Assembly (NCBI GenBank): GCA_000320545.1 | Contig: ADNK01000333.1 | Span: 1-62,731, forward strand | DNA from: Bigelowiella natans CCMP2755 | Taxonomy: Eukaryota > Protista > Cercozoa | Length of the DNA: 62,731 bases | Direction of reading: 5' to 3' | Part shown: positions 40,147 through 52,200 of the stretch, one piece after another | Layout of the letters: every line of letters starts with the position of its first letter | Numbering within the stretch: the stretch's first letter is position 1 | Notes under the pieces: generated by a model | The model's input: only the letters and a program-made list of their open reading frames with translations | What the model was told of the DNA's origin: nothing | The model's database searches: none | Translations under genes and position numbers: made by a program

Positions 40147-43100
40147 ATGGAAGATGAGCAGAGCGGGGAGGGCGTGTTTGGAAGAGAGCTGGAGAAGACC
40201 ATAAAGGAGGTGGTGCCGAATCTCGACCCCCTCGATGCGCCGGAATTCGATCCCGTGGCCTATATCAATGAGGTGTCTTTGCACATTCTATAGCTTCCAT
40301 GGTGAGCTCCGCCCAAATGTTTGTTGCTGATCTTTGCTGCTTTGTAGATCTTCCCGGACGAGAGATCGCTTACTCACGCAAAGCTTGAATCGGACGATGT
40401 TTCCAAGAAACGAAGACCACACCATAGACTAGATGTACTCTATTTTTCCTCCGCTCATAATCCCAAACATAGCACGCTCTCCCCCCTTCCCTTCCCCCTC
40501 CCCCCTTTCTCCCCATATCTCTCTTTTTTAATTTTCGATGGTTGCGTCGTCTGGCTTGGGGTCTATCGATTGTCCCGTAGGTCCGACTGGCTAGTGTAAA
40601 GAGAGAAATGATTAGCATTTCTGAGGACATCTCACGAAGTGTTCGCCAGCACAGTTGTCAGAGGGTAAACGTCGTCATCACAACACACAACTACATCTCC
40701 CTATCCCTCGATCGAGATAATTTCCTGCAGAATAACTACCTCACTGAGTATCCTTACTTACCAGATGCAGACGAAGCAAGCTGTCGACGATGCGAAAACC
40801 TCCATCCAGGATTTGTTTGACAAGATCCGTGGAATCAAGGTGCATCTCACCGCCTTCATGAGAAATCATACTATGTACCCCTTTAAGAAGCATTTTAACG
40901 ACGCAACGACGTTGTTCCAACGTATCAATGTCCTTTTATGGAAAATTATGGTGAACAATGTGCATGACACGTGCTTTGATGGCAAATTTCGTGGTCTGCT
41001 TTGGCGGAGTCTGACTGTGGCTTTTCTGCCAAACTACCGTTCAGTGCAGCATCAACCGCACTTTAGCACACACCCCCCCTTCCCCCCCTTTCTCTAATTC
41101 ATTATCTCTTCTCTTTCTCGAAGGAAAAGGCGGAAAAATCCGAGAAGATGGTCCAGGAGATCTGCAGAGACATTAAATCCTTAGACTGTGCGAAGACGCA
41201 TCTTACTACGACAATTGCTGCATTGATGAAGCTACATATGCTGGTGAGTGCGCTATCTTTTCAGAATGTCCTTTAGTGTGGTCGCGAATTCTTACAGTAC
41301 TTACTTCTCCTACTGACTTTCCTAAGGTGCAAGCGGTTGATATGCTGGTGAAGATGTCCGAGCAGAAGCAATACAAGGAGGTGGGTTTCGTCCTCTCCCT
41401 CCGCATCAATCACCATCCTTTTGGAGTAGGAGGTGGAGGGCGGGGGGGGGGGGGGGGGGGGGGGGGGAGTAGGAAGAAGGAGAAGAAGAAGAAGAAGAAG
41501 AACGAGTTTTGAGAGAATAGGAGAAGGGATAATCAAACGCACGGAAAATACAATCGTTTCCCGAAAACAACGGTGAAATTTTGAAGAATATTAAAAATAA
41601 AAGATGGTAGTTAGATGAAGGAGGGAGGGGGGGGGCGACGAGAGCGAAAAAGGAAGCAAATGGCGAAGACGCAGAATCATTCATCCTCATAATCATCATT
41701 ACGATCATCACGCAATAGGTTGCAAATCGGCTGGGAGCTGTTGACATGTTATTCCTAGACTTTCAGAGTTACTCGCATATTCCAAAGATCCAGCAGCTCA
41801 AGAAGACTATGGTGTAGCCATAGCAGCAAACCTAAGAAACACACATGCAAATGCAGCGTGATGTTGATATGAATGGCAATCCATGTTTTGTAGCAATTCG
41901 CGAGGCACCGGCGGTCATGTGTATGGTTGAAAGTTAAAAGTTTGCATTTGTTTTCACACTCTCCCCCGCCCCCCCTCCCCCGGTATTTTCCCCTATACCC
42001 AGGTTAAAGAGAGGGCAAAGCTGCAGACGCAGATCATCGCAGAGTTCCAATCGTAAGTAGCACTGAGAACAACTGCTGCGACGACCGATTTTCGTCATTG
42101 AATGATAGCATGGAATGGCCTCCACAACATGATGTTTCACCATTATTTCGCCCCCCCCTCGCCTCCTCCTCCTCCCCCCCCTTCCTCCTATCCCTCTTCC
42201 CTGTTCCTATTGCGTAGATATGGCACAAATCCATCAATGGGATTAGACGATATGGTGGTGATGCTGCGAGAAGGCTGCTTAGTTATGCAGGCTCTCGGTG
42301 TGAAGGCCAAGGTTCTGAGCGTTTCATACAAAACACACACAAACATTTATATATATATATATATATATATATTATGTGTATTCGATGTAAAATCAAACAC
42401 GACCCCCCCCCCCCCCCCACCACCAGCCATCAACACAATGCAATACACCCTAAGTGCTACTGCTGCCTGTGGTATCCTTATCAGGATGAGCTGCTAATAT
42501 GGTTTTCTCGCTCAAAACTAGCGCCATACACCAACATCTTTGGCCCTGGTACGTGCCACTGCCCCCCCCGCCTCCTACCACTAACACATCCCAACCTCCA
42601 CCACGTTCGTCGTATTTTCAAAAGAACGATGATATCTTCCTATAAAATATGCAATCGAGTGCAACCTCCCCCCCAAACGAGTCTATCAAATTCATCGCCA
42701 ATGTTCTCTATGTACTTGTGATTTATTCATTAATACTGCCCCCCCTCCCCCCTCCCCTAACGCACCAGGGAAACCTGCGGCTGAGCTCCGCCAGTGCGAC
42801 CGAAGGTACGCGTGGTTGCGAAGGACTTTGCGTGAGTATGACGAGCAGGTAAACCAAAATTCTCGTTCAGTGAAATCATTCGGTTGAGAGGGAGGGGGGG
42901 GAGGGGGAGGGGGGGAGGCTAGTATTTGCTTGATAAAACAAGAGCGAATCTGTATTTTTAATCGGTACTTATATTTTTGCGAGTGATGGCCATTCTCATG
43001 GCTAGGCGCCTCGTCATCTGCGAAAGCTTGATATGCTGGTGTTTGCTGCCTGCCCCTGCAATACGACTTACACGGTCTTTCTCCTTCTCCTCGTTCTCCT

Positions 43101-43439
43101 TCTCCTTCTCTCCTCTTTCCTCTATGTTCTTTGTTCTTCTCGTCCAGTTTGGGGGTATCTTCCCTAAGAGCTGGGGCGTTCCAGCGGTGCTGAGTCGAGA
43201 CTTCTGCTACCTCACCAAGGACCACTTGCGGACGGTTTTGAAGAGCCAGGTGGAAGCCAAGCCCGGGGGGGGGGGTGTTTCCCACATTTTCTAATTGACT
43301 CGTGTTGGGAGGGCCAAATTCTATGCCTCGGTTTCATTGACGATTTTGTTGTTGTTTTTCCGCCACACGCAACAGGTGCAGACGATGGATATCAATGCCC
43401 TCGTCGCGGCGCTACAAAAAACCATTCAGTTTGAACAGG

Positions 43440-43486
<47 letters not shown>

Positions 43487-44241
43487 TTATACGTGCGCTT
43501 GAGAGCGAGCGTGTGTAGTTGTACTTAGCAATAGTATTGTAAAGCCATTCTGAAATGCTCGAAACATGTGCCTTCAACCTCCTCTCCTGACTCTGATGTT
43601 ACCCCCCCCCTCCCCCGCCCTGCCCTCCCTCCGCCAGCGTGACTGATTTCGTCATCTTACCTAACTTCTTGCATCTCGTGGTGGTTGCGACCACGGCTAT
43701 GGCGTCTTTTTGCAGGAGCTGCAGGTCCGATTTGGAAACACCAACGATGACGTTAAGGACTCGAGCGCAGTGACAAAAGGCAGCGGTGAGGAGGAGACGA
43801 GAAAGGATGCTGATGATGCTGCTGCTGCTGCTGATGATGATGATGCATGGCGATATTGCCAGTTAGCAGTTTGGAGGGAGAGGTAGGCGTCGTCATCGTG
43901 AATCCACCACTAATTACCAACGCCAACCGTGCAGGCATGGACGCTAATTCTATTAAGACACGCTACAAGCAGGAAATGGAAGAGAAGAAGGCCGGAGGTG
44001 AGATGCTGCTTATTGATTCATCAAAGCCTCGAATAGATGTTCTCCCCCTCTCGCCCCCCCCCCTTCACCCAACTCACTAACCGCTGGACGTATCAGGGAA
44101 GGAAAAGTACCTTTCCCAAATGGCCGCAGCGAAGGCGCAACGACCGAAGATGGACTTCAGGAAGGTCTTGCTTCCCCCTTCAATTCTCCTACTTTACATA
44201 CATGTTATATACGCAATTGCCTGCATAGAAATCAATATTTA

Positions 44242-44296
<55 letters not shown>

Positions 44297-45020
44297 AGAG
44301 ATTGGGAGAGGGAGAGAGAGGTACAAACGCTATCGTCAGCGACGTTAGCGTATTCGTAATTTGTTGTCGTTCTCATCGCCTTTCCTCCCCCCCCTCCCCT
44401 TCCTCCGGATCACGGACGATATCTCACAGATAATATCCTCGGTCTTCTACGGGTACCTTGGGGAGTACGTGAAGCTGGAGAGGGAAAACATTGCTAAGCT
44501 GCTTTCGCAGGTATCACCGTGCTCGGTGTATTATATGCTGGGTTATGGTCGTCACATATGCAAATAATGCCCCAACCGCTCGCACCGTGCTGCTGCTGCT
44601 GCTGCTGCTGCTGCTTCTAGCATTGCTAAAAGATGGTCATTGCACGTTTCGAATTAGATCAGAGTGGAGGGAGACGTGAGACTCGATACCCCCCCCCGCT
44701 AACCTCCCCCCCCCCCCCCCCTTTCTACCATTCAGGTCGAAAAAGAGGAGAAGTGGTCCGGAGGGAATGCCGACGAAAATAGCGGGGCAGACGGCGGAAA
44801 TGGGGAGGAGCGTCCATCTTACTCTGGGAGCGAAAAGATCCTCATCTACATTAAAAAGTCGCTCCAGCGGTGCTCGCGACTCACAACGGGCGCGGTAATG
44901 CTATAACTGAGCGGAGAATTATGAGTTGATATTCGCACTCTACCTTTCCTTTGCTTTGCCCCCGCACGCACACACGGCCCGGGCCAACCCCCTCTCACCC
45001 CAGCAGCAGTAGCAGTAGTT

Positions 45021-45052
<32 letters not shown>

Positions 45053-45369
45053 TGTGTAGTAGTTGAGCAAAACGATGCTGTGATCTTGGCATTGGTTCTG
45101 TTATAATTCGTAATGTAGATATGTCTTCTACATCCATATGTTGGATAGCTTTGCTCCATCGCCTTACCCCTCACCCTCACCCCCCCTTTCAGGTGCTGGC
45201 TGAGATTGCTAAGGAGTACCGCCAAGGCCTTTCTGACTACCGAGCGCTTATCACTAGCAAGCTGCCTCGAGGCTCAAAGACAGATTCTGTGCAGCAACTA
45301 TCACGGTACAGAAAGCTGAGAGAACGAGAGAGAAAAGAAATATAGACTATATATATTAAACCTCTCTCT

Positions 45370-45405
<36 letters not shown>

Positions 45406-45427
45406 TATATATTTTTATTTATTTATT

Positions 45428-45465
<38 letters not shown>

Positions 45466-45995
45466 CGCGCAATTACCTCTTCACCAATAAACGATGCAGG
45501 TCGGACAATGAGCGCTGCTGTCTAGTGGCGAATACCGCTGAGGACTGCAAAGACATTATCCCTGGCATTGAGAGGGCCATTAAGAACGTGAGTGACTGCC
45601 CGCACGATGGGGCAATACAGCGTAGTTACTGTCCCTGACAGCATGTGCGATGTTGCGCTGTTTCGTCCTGGGATGTGAGGCAATGTTGTGACTGGCTGGC
45701 AGGTTCTTGATGCGAAGTACACGGAGGAAGTTGATTTCTCCCACGAGCAAAGCCAATTCGCGGCGTTGGTGAATTTGGCGGTGGAGACGGTTGTGAAAGG
45801 GTTCATCTTCAGATTGGGCAAAATCCTGTCGATGATGACCCGAATGCCCTGGGACAAATGGGAGAGCGTTGGCGACCAGAGCGAGTAATGCGTGTGTGTG
45901 TGTGTGTATTGTGTTGTGTGTGTGTGTGTGTGTGTGTGTGTATAAATAGTATAGTTGTCTAGCTAGAAGTCCTTTATTATTTTCACGTACGTTAT

Positions 45996-46032
<37 letters not shown>

Positions 46033-46710
46033 TCTAGATGATCAAAATCCAAATATGAATTTCAAGAAATTTATGATTTCATTAAAGACGGCATCAGTCA
46101 GTACTAATCCTCTCCCAATCCCCCCCCACCCTCCTCTCACCCGCCGCTTCCTTCTTGCAGGTATGTCAACCAGATAAACTCAATGTTCTCCCAGTACGTG
46201 CCTCCTGTGTCCAAGATGCTATCAGATGCTTATCATCTCTTCTTCTGCAACCAGCTCGCAAAGGCGTGCATCCCTCTCTACGAGGAGCACATCTTCAAGT
46301 GCAAGAGGGTCAACGCTCTCGGCGCGCAGCAGCTTGCTCTGGATTCCCACGCCATCAAGTCGATCTTCCTGGCCATTCCGCGACTACGGGGCGGCGAGAA
46401 TCTTCCGGCGCGGCGCACACGGGCGTTCAATAGAATTGTTGATCGAGAAATGGGGCGTGTCGTCGCAATTGTCAAGACCCTGGCAAGCCCGACTGATTGC
46501 CTCATCGCCACCTGTAGGACTCTCATGCCAAGAGGAGATACGAGATTCTCCGAGACTCTCACGAAGGTGCTGTATCTAAAGGGGCTCAAAAAGCAGCAGC
46601 AGGAAGCACTGGTAGAGACGTATAATGCAGGGGTCGAGGCGAAGGACCACGTGGCCTTGGACAAGAAGTCAGACGGCCATTTCAAGAGGATCTTCAATTT
46701 CCGCTCATAG
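40147..46710 (+). CDS. VPS53: Vacuolar protein sorting-associated protein 53 (GARP/EARP subunit)
   Basis: [16 protein letters not shown] / IFPDERSL; [16 protein letters not shown] / [40 protein letters not shown] / VQAVDML; [10 protein letters not shown]; IFPKSWGV; ALQKTIQFE; [12 protein letters not shown] / YV; [17 protein letters not shown]. All are hallmark Vps53 segments. Confidence 0.95.
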
Positions 46711-46719
46711 TTGTAGCAA

Positions 46720-48560
46720 TTATCCAGTCGTCTAGCAATATGGCATGGAGCCCCACATGCATCATTGATCAATTGATGAGACATGCCTAGCTCCATGTGT
46801 GCATCACACGAAGCACATCAGAACATTTCATGGTGATTGGGGCACACGTGCAGAATCTACGTGTGTTGTTGCTGCAAACACACGCAGTGTTGCAAGCATT
46901 TGCGTGGGTTTTTCCCAACCTCTAGACCTAGCTAGCTAGCTAGCTAGTGAATGCGCGCGCGCATGCATCTGTGACTTTCGTATGCGTGTGAATCCACCAC
47001 GCTAGCACGGTTGTTGTGTGGCGCAGCTTTTTGCCGGCGCCACCCAGCTAGCCAGCTGGCAACTGTGCGTCCAACCTGCCTTGTTTTGTCGAGAGCTAGA
47101 GAGACTGATCACCTCGAAGTGCGCTCTTTTGAACAGTGGACGCCGGAGTCAAAAATTGAAACCCTAAACATCGGAACCTGTGAACCCAATCGGAAGTCAA
47201 CCTGTGTCGCGCAATTAGAACCAGCACCGCTAGACCGGCTGGGGCAGAAAGCTCCAGAACTTTCTTTTGACTGGCAACCAGTGCCAAGGGTGAGCTCTCT
47301 ACCATCAGTCTAGCTAGCTCTGGAGTTGAGTTCCAAAAGTGAGTTCTCTGTGTGCGTGTGTGCGTGCTAGCGCGTGCGCTCCCAGTCAGCACTCGCCGTC
47401 ACTTATTTTGCCATCTGCACACAAGTTTGGAAGTGTTCGAAGCCCCAAACACAACTGGACAACTCAGTCAAACCCAGCCGACGGATTCAGCGGTGATGCA
47501 CGTAGACGTTTGGCTGCGCAGCGCAAAAGGCAAGCTAGCAAGTTTTGAGCGTGTGTTCGCAGCGCTTCACGTTGATCAGTGTGACAACAAAACACACCTG
47601 CAACTTGACCGAGCGTCAAAGTGCAATTTTTGACCGTGAAACGACCAAAAACGTGCCACTTTCGAAGGCCAGAAACGCCATTTTTGCCAAAAGTGCAAGA
47701 AGTTGCACGTGTGAGAGTTGCAAGCAATGTGCAGCGCTGCAGCAGTGTTTTTTTTTTGACACGCAAGCGCGTGCGCATGCACGCTCACCACACGCACAGG
47801 AAAAATCCCAACTGCGTGCTGCGCGCTGAAGCTTCAAATCGCTTTCAAAAGCTCGCGCTTGCTGAAACACAAACCAGCAAACTCGTTGCAGGTTTGACCG
47901 AGCCGTGTTGTTCTTCCAATTTGCAACTCTTGCACAACGTGACTTGCAAATCTCGTCGTGCTCGTGACTGGCCGGCAGCTTCTCAGTTTGGCAATGATCG
48001 AACGTGAAGGCCAGACTAGCAGAAGGGGCCATGTTCACTGCGCAACAATTGGTTTCGTGCAGTTTTCACCTTTCGTTTCAAGCTGTGCTGGCAAGCTGGA
48101 CGAACGAACGAGCCCAGGAGTGACGTGAGTGAGTGAACTTCAATTGGTGAACTGGCCGGATGGGAGACAGGCGTGTGTTACGTGAACAATGAACAATGAA
48201 CAATGAAGAAAGCGTTGATCAAAACCACATGCGCCAGAACCACATGGGAGACAGGCATGTGAAAGCGCGTTTCAGCTGAAAACAACAATGAACAATGAAC
48301 AATGAAGAAAGCGTTGATCAAAACTACATGCGCCAGAACCACATGGGAGACAGGCATTTGCACGCAGCAGAGCCTCAACAACACTCGTTGCAAGGACTTG
48401 TCAGCACCCTGTTGGTGAGAGACACAAAAAATCAGCCGCATCCCCTGAAATTGGCATGGATGCCGATCAATGGTGCCGTTGAGATGTGAATTGGTTGAAA
48501 CTGAAGCTGGCATCTTGGATGCCGAACCGCAGCAAAAGTGTCAAGCAGGACAATGGTTCG
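46720..48560. repeat. TpA-depleted degenerate repeat domain
   Basis: TG/CA-rich, with TA surviving mostly in CTAG (e.g. the (GCTA)n run at about 46921-46948). Includes an about 106-bp tandem duplication at about 48184-48360. Confidence 0.7.
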
Positions 48561-49150
48561 AACAAACCATCTAGCCATCCTCGTCCTCAAAACTAACTGC
48601 CGGCAACTGCATTTCTCAATGGCTTGCGTCTTTCATGGAACGACAAGCATCAGCACCCAAATTGATCTACAAGAACTGCTTCTAAGCGTTAATGATCGGG
48701 GGCGACTTCGATTTTTTGTCGTGACGGATCCTGTTCGATCGTTTCTGGCGCCGTTCGCTACGTCAAAAGAGTCTCTCCGACATTTGACGAATGCAGGCCA
48801 TTTGTGGACCTAGATTCATTGGAAACTCAAAAACCAAAATTGCATCTCATGAAACACGGCCTTTTTTTAGCATGCGACATGGAGCGTAGATCGTCGCAGC
48901 CAGAAGTGGGTCCTGACCATGGAGCGTTTGAGAGGATGTCAAATAAGAGGTCGTTGGAATTGGTGTGGTATCATGTCAGTAGTTCTTTCTGCGGCTGTGA
49001 TAGTATCACCATCTGTTTGCTTTGTGGGGGGGAGGTGGGGGGGGGAAGAATGACTGTACCCACAACATGCACTGTACATATATCAAATAATAATTTTCAT
49101 TTCCCCAGTTCCAAATGTTAGTGTACTACATATTATTGCATGATAATTTA

Positions 49151-49194
<44 letters not shown>

Positions 49195-49265
49195 TTTTTT
49201 TCAAATTCATAATGTATTATATGTACATAAGCATTAGGGTTAAGGAACGATTCCCTCCTCCCGTG

Positions 49266-52200
49266 ATGCCCCTCTACGCGCTAAAGATCGTGTGTCTCCT
49301 TCTGATTGCTACGACCCAACGAGTCCATGCGGTAGGAACGTGTGGGTCGCATGTCATCGTCCAAGGCAATACTTATTCGACCCCTGATCCCTATGGAAAT
49401 GGTTTCTCTTGTACATTTATCCTTACCGGAATTTCGGGGATCAAATTTGACCGATTCTGGACTGAACCGGGCCATGACTTTCTTCAAGTGCAGAAACTAG
49501 GAGATGGAGGGTTCAACGAATCATTTAGCGGAGCTACAATCCCGGCTTCCATTGGCCAGCATGGTGACTACAGGTTTAATTGGTATTCTGATTATTCGAA
49601 GACATTTTCCGGCTGGTCTTTCACTGTGCTTCCTACTTCATCCGCAACCTGGAGTCCAACCTGGAGTCCAACATGGAGTCCAACCTGGAGTCCCACACGG
49701 TAGCAAAATGTCTTGTGCACGTTTACTTACCTCTACTCTAGCTCTGTCCACGATTGCAGTCGATTTGCAAGCTGCAGTTGGAATCCTATGTCATATGAAC
49801 TTTTGCTATCCATCAATTTACTTCTCCACCTCTCTTCTATTTATTTCTCTTCCTGCCAGCTCATAATTCTCTTTTCCGTACACAAATCATGTTGAAACTC
49901 AACAACATTTTTGTCAATTGAAATCTGGACTGTGCGTGTGCTCTTCACCTTCCCCCCTCCTCCCCCCCCTTTTTTTTAAGGAGTTACCTACAGGAAAAGG
50001 AAATAGAGGGGCTGCGAGAGCTTTGCACAGCACTGGGTGGACCCTCGGCACTTGGTCCAAGATGGGCTGGGCTGTACAACCCTACTCTATATTCTTCTCC
50101 CTGCGACTGGAAGGGCCTAGAGTGTGAGCCATGGATCGGCGATAAAGGAGTCTCATGGCACATTGGCAACATTTCGTTAAGTGGAAAGGGGCTGACTGGA
50201 ACGATTCCCAACTCTCTTCCCCAATTCTTCACATTCCTGCAGGTGCTGGATTTGAGTAACAACTCGATCTCAGGCACGATCCCGGCAGGATTTATATGCG
50301 ATCCGAAGAACCCGGACGGAGCGAGCAAATACATGCTAAATTTTCAAGTGTTCTCAAACCAGCTTTCCGGGACGCTTCCGTCCAACGAGTGTTTGGCGAG
50401 CCGATCCTCCCAGGCGCAGCTTCAATATTTCGCTGCTTATCAAAATTTGCTCTCAGGAACGATCCCTTCAGGGTTCATATGCGATCCGAAGAACCCGGAC
50501 GGAGCGAGCAAGAACATGAAATATTTTCAAGTGTACTTAAACAAGCTTTCCGGAACGCTTCCATCCAATGAGTGTTTGGTGAGCCGATCCTCCCAGGCGC
50601 AGCTTCAATATTTCGGTGTGGGTTATAACCCGATCTCAGGCACGATCCCGGCAGGATTTATATGCGATCCGAAGAACCCGGACGGAGCGAGCAAATACAT
50701 GCTAGATTTTCAAGTGTACTCAAATCAGCTTTCCGGAACACTTCCGTCCAATGAGTGCTTGGCGAGCCGATCCTCCCAGGCGAATCTTAAATTTTTTGGT
50801 GCAGGTCTAAACTTGCTCTCAGGCACAATCCCGGCAGGATTCATATGCGATCCGAAGAACCCGGACGGAGCGAGCAAACACATGCTAGATTTTGAAGTGT
50901 TCTCAAACCAGCTTTCCGGGACACTTCCGTCCAACGAGTGTTTGGCGAGCCGATCCTCCCAGGCGAAGCTTAATTTGTATTATGCATCGAGCAACTCGCT
51001 TTCAGGCACGATCCCGGTAGGATTTATATGCGATCCTAAGAACCCGGACGGAGCGAGCAAACACATGCAACATTTTGCTGTTGACTCAAACCAGCTTTCC
51101 GGGACGCTTCCGTCCAACGAGTGTTTGGCGAGCCGATCCTCCCAAGCGGAGCTTCACTTTTTCGCTGCTTTTCGAAATTTCCTCTCAGGCACGATCCCTG
51201 CAGGGTTCATATGCGATCCGAAGAACCCCGACGGAGCGACCAAGAACATGAAACAAGTTGAAGTGTTCTCAAACCAGCTTTCCGGGACGCTTCCGTCCAA
51301 TGAGTGTTTGGCGAGCCGAACCTCCCAGGCGAATCTTCAATTTTTTGGTGCAGGTCTAAACTTGCTCTCAGGCACGATCCCGGCAGGATTCATATGCGAT
51401 CCGAAGAACCCGGACGGAGCGAGCAAGAACATGAAACATTTTCAAGTGTACTCAAATCAGCTTTCGGGCACATTGCCGTCGAACAAATGTGTAGGAAGTC
51501 GAACTAATAGCACCACATTTAGTCCATTAAGCATATTTGAAGCTTCCGACAACATTGTGTCCGGGCATGTTCCTAGTAGTTTGTTCAATCTTGGAAGTGA
51601 AATTAGGTCTGGCATATTGGGACTAGCAAGATGCCATCTCTCTGGAGCCATCCCACCGGATTTGCAACGGGTTACGAGTACGAATCTTCATGTTGTTGAT
51701 CTAAGCCAAAATGATCTATCTGGAAATATTCCTGACCTCACACGGTCTTTTCCGAACCTCACAGTTCTCTCCCTGTCCTCGAACCGGAATCTCAAGGGAC
51801 GTCTTGATTCATTGCCTATGGCAAGATTGCAGTATTTGCTAATTGATGGGACTCTTTTGAGTGGTGATCTTGGTGCTCTAGGTTCCATGATGGGTCCAAA
51901 GAAAATTCATCTTGCAGGTAATCAGTTGAGTGGAACGATTCCGGAAGCGTTGTTCCTCCATTCTAGTTTAGAGGAGTTAGTTCTTTCGCATAACCGTGTG
52001 AGTGGTAGTCTTCCAAACGCAGTTGGCAATGCCCGCGGTATGAAAAAGTTGTTGCTAGATACGAATAGAATCGAGGGTCAGCTTCCTGACACTCTTGCGG
52101 ACGTGTTGCCTATGCTTCAAGAAATTTCCTTGAACCTGAACGAAATATCATGCGAGTTACCAACCAGATTGCAGCACACAGGGGCATTTGAAAGCAACAA

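Noticed and set aside
47097-47312. Possible small MITE bounded by AGACTGAT/ATCAGTCT
   Set aside because: Only an 8-bp inverted match and no target-site duplication; too weak to call.
49701-49703. Apparent premature TAG after the CUB domain (pseudogene or readthrough)
   Set aside because: It falls inside a phase-compatible GT-AG intron (49700-49980).
50267-51480. CRISPR array or diversity-generating retroelement as the explanation for the constant/variable repeat pattern
   Set aside because: The repeats are in-frame coding LRRs of fixed 183 bp. Some variable codons fit an AAY-derived pattern (AAT/TAT/GAT/CAT; AAC/TAC/CAC), but others do not. No reverse transcriptase, template repeat or cas gene is visible in the window.
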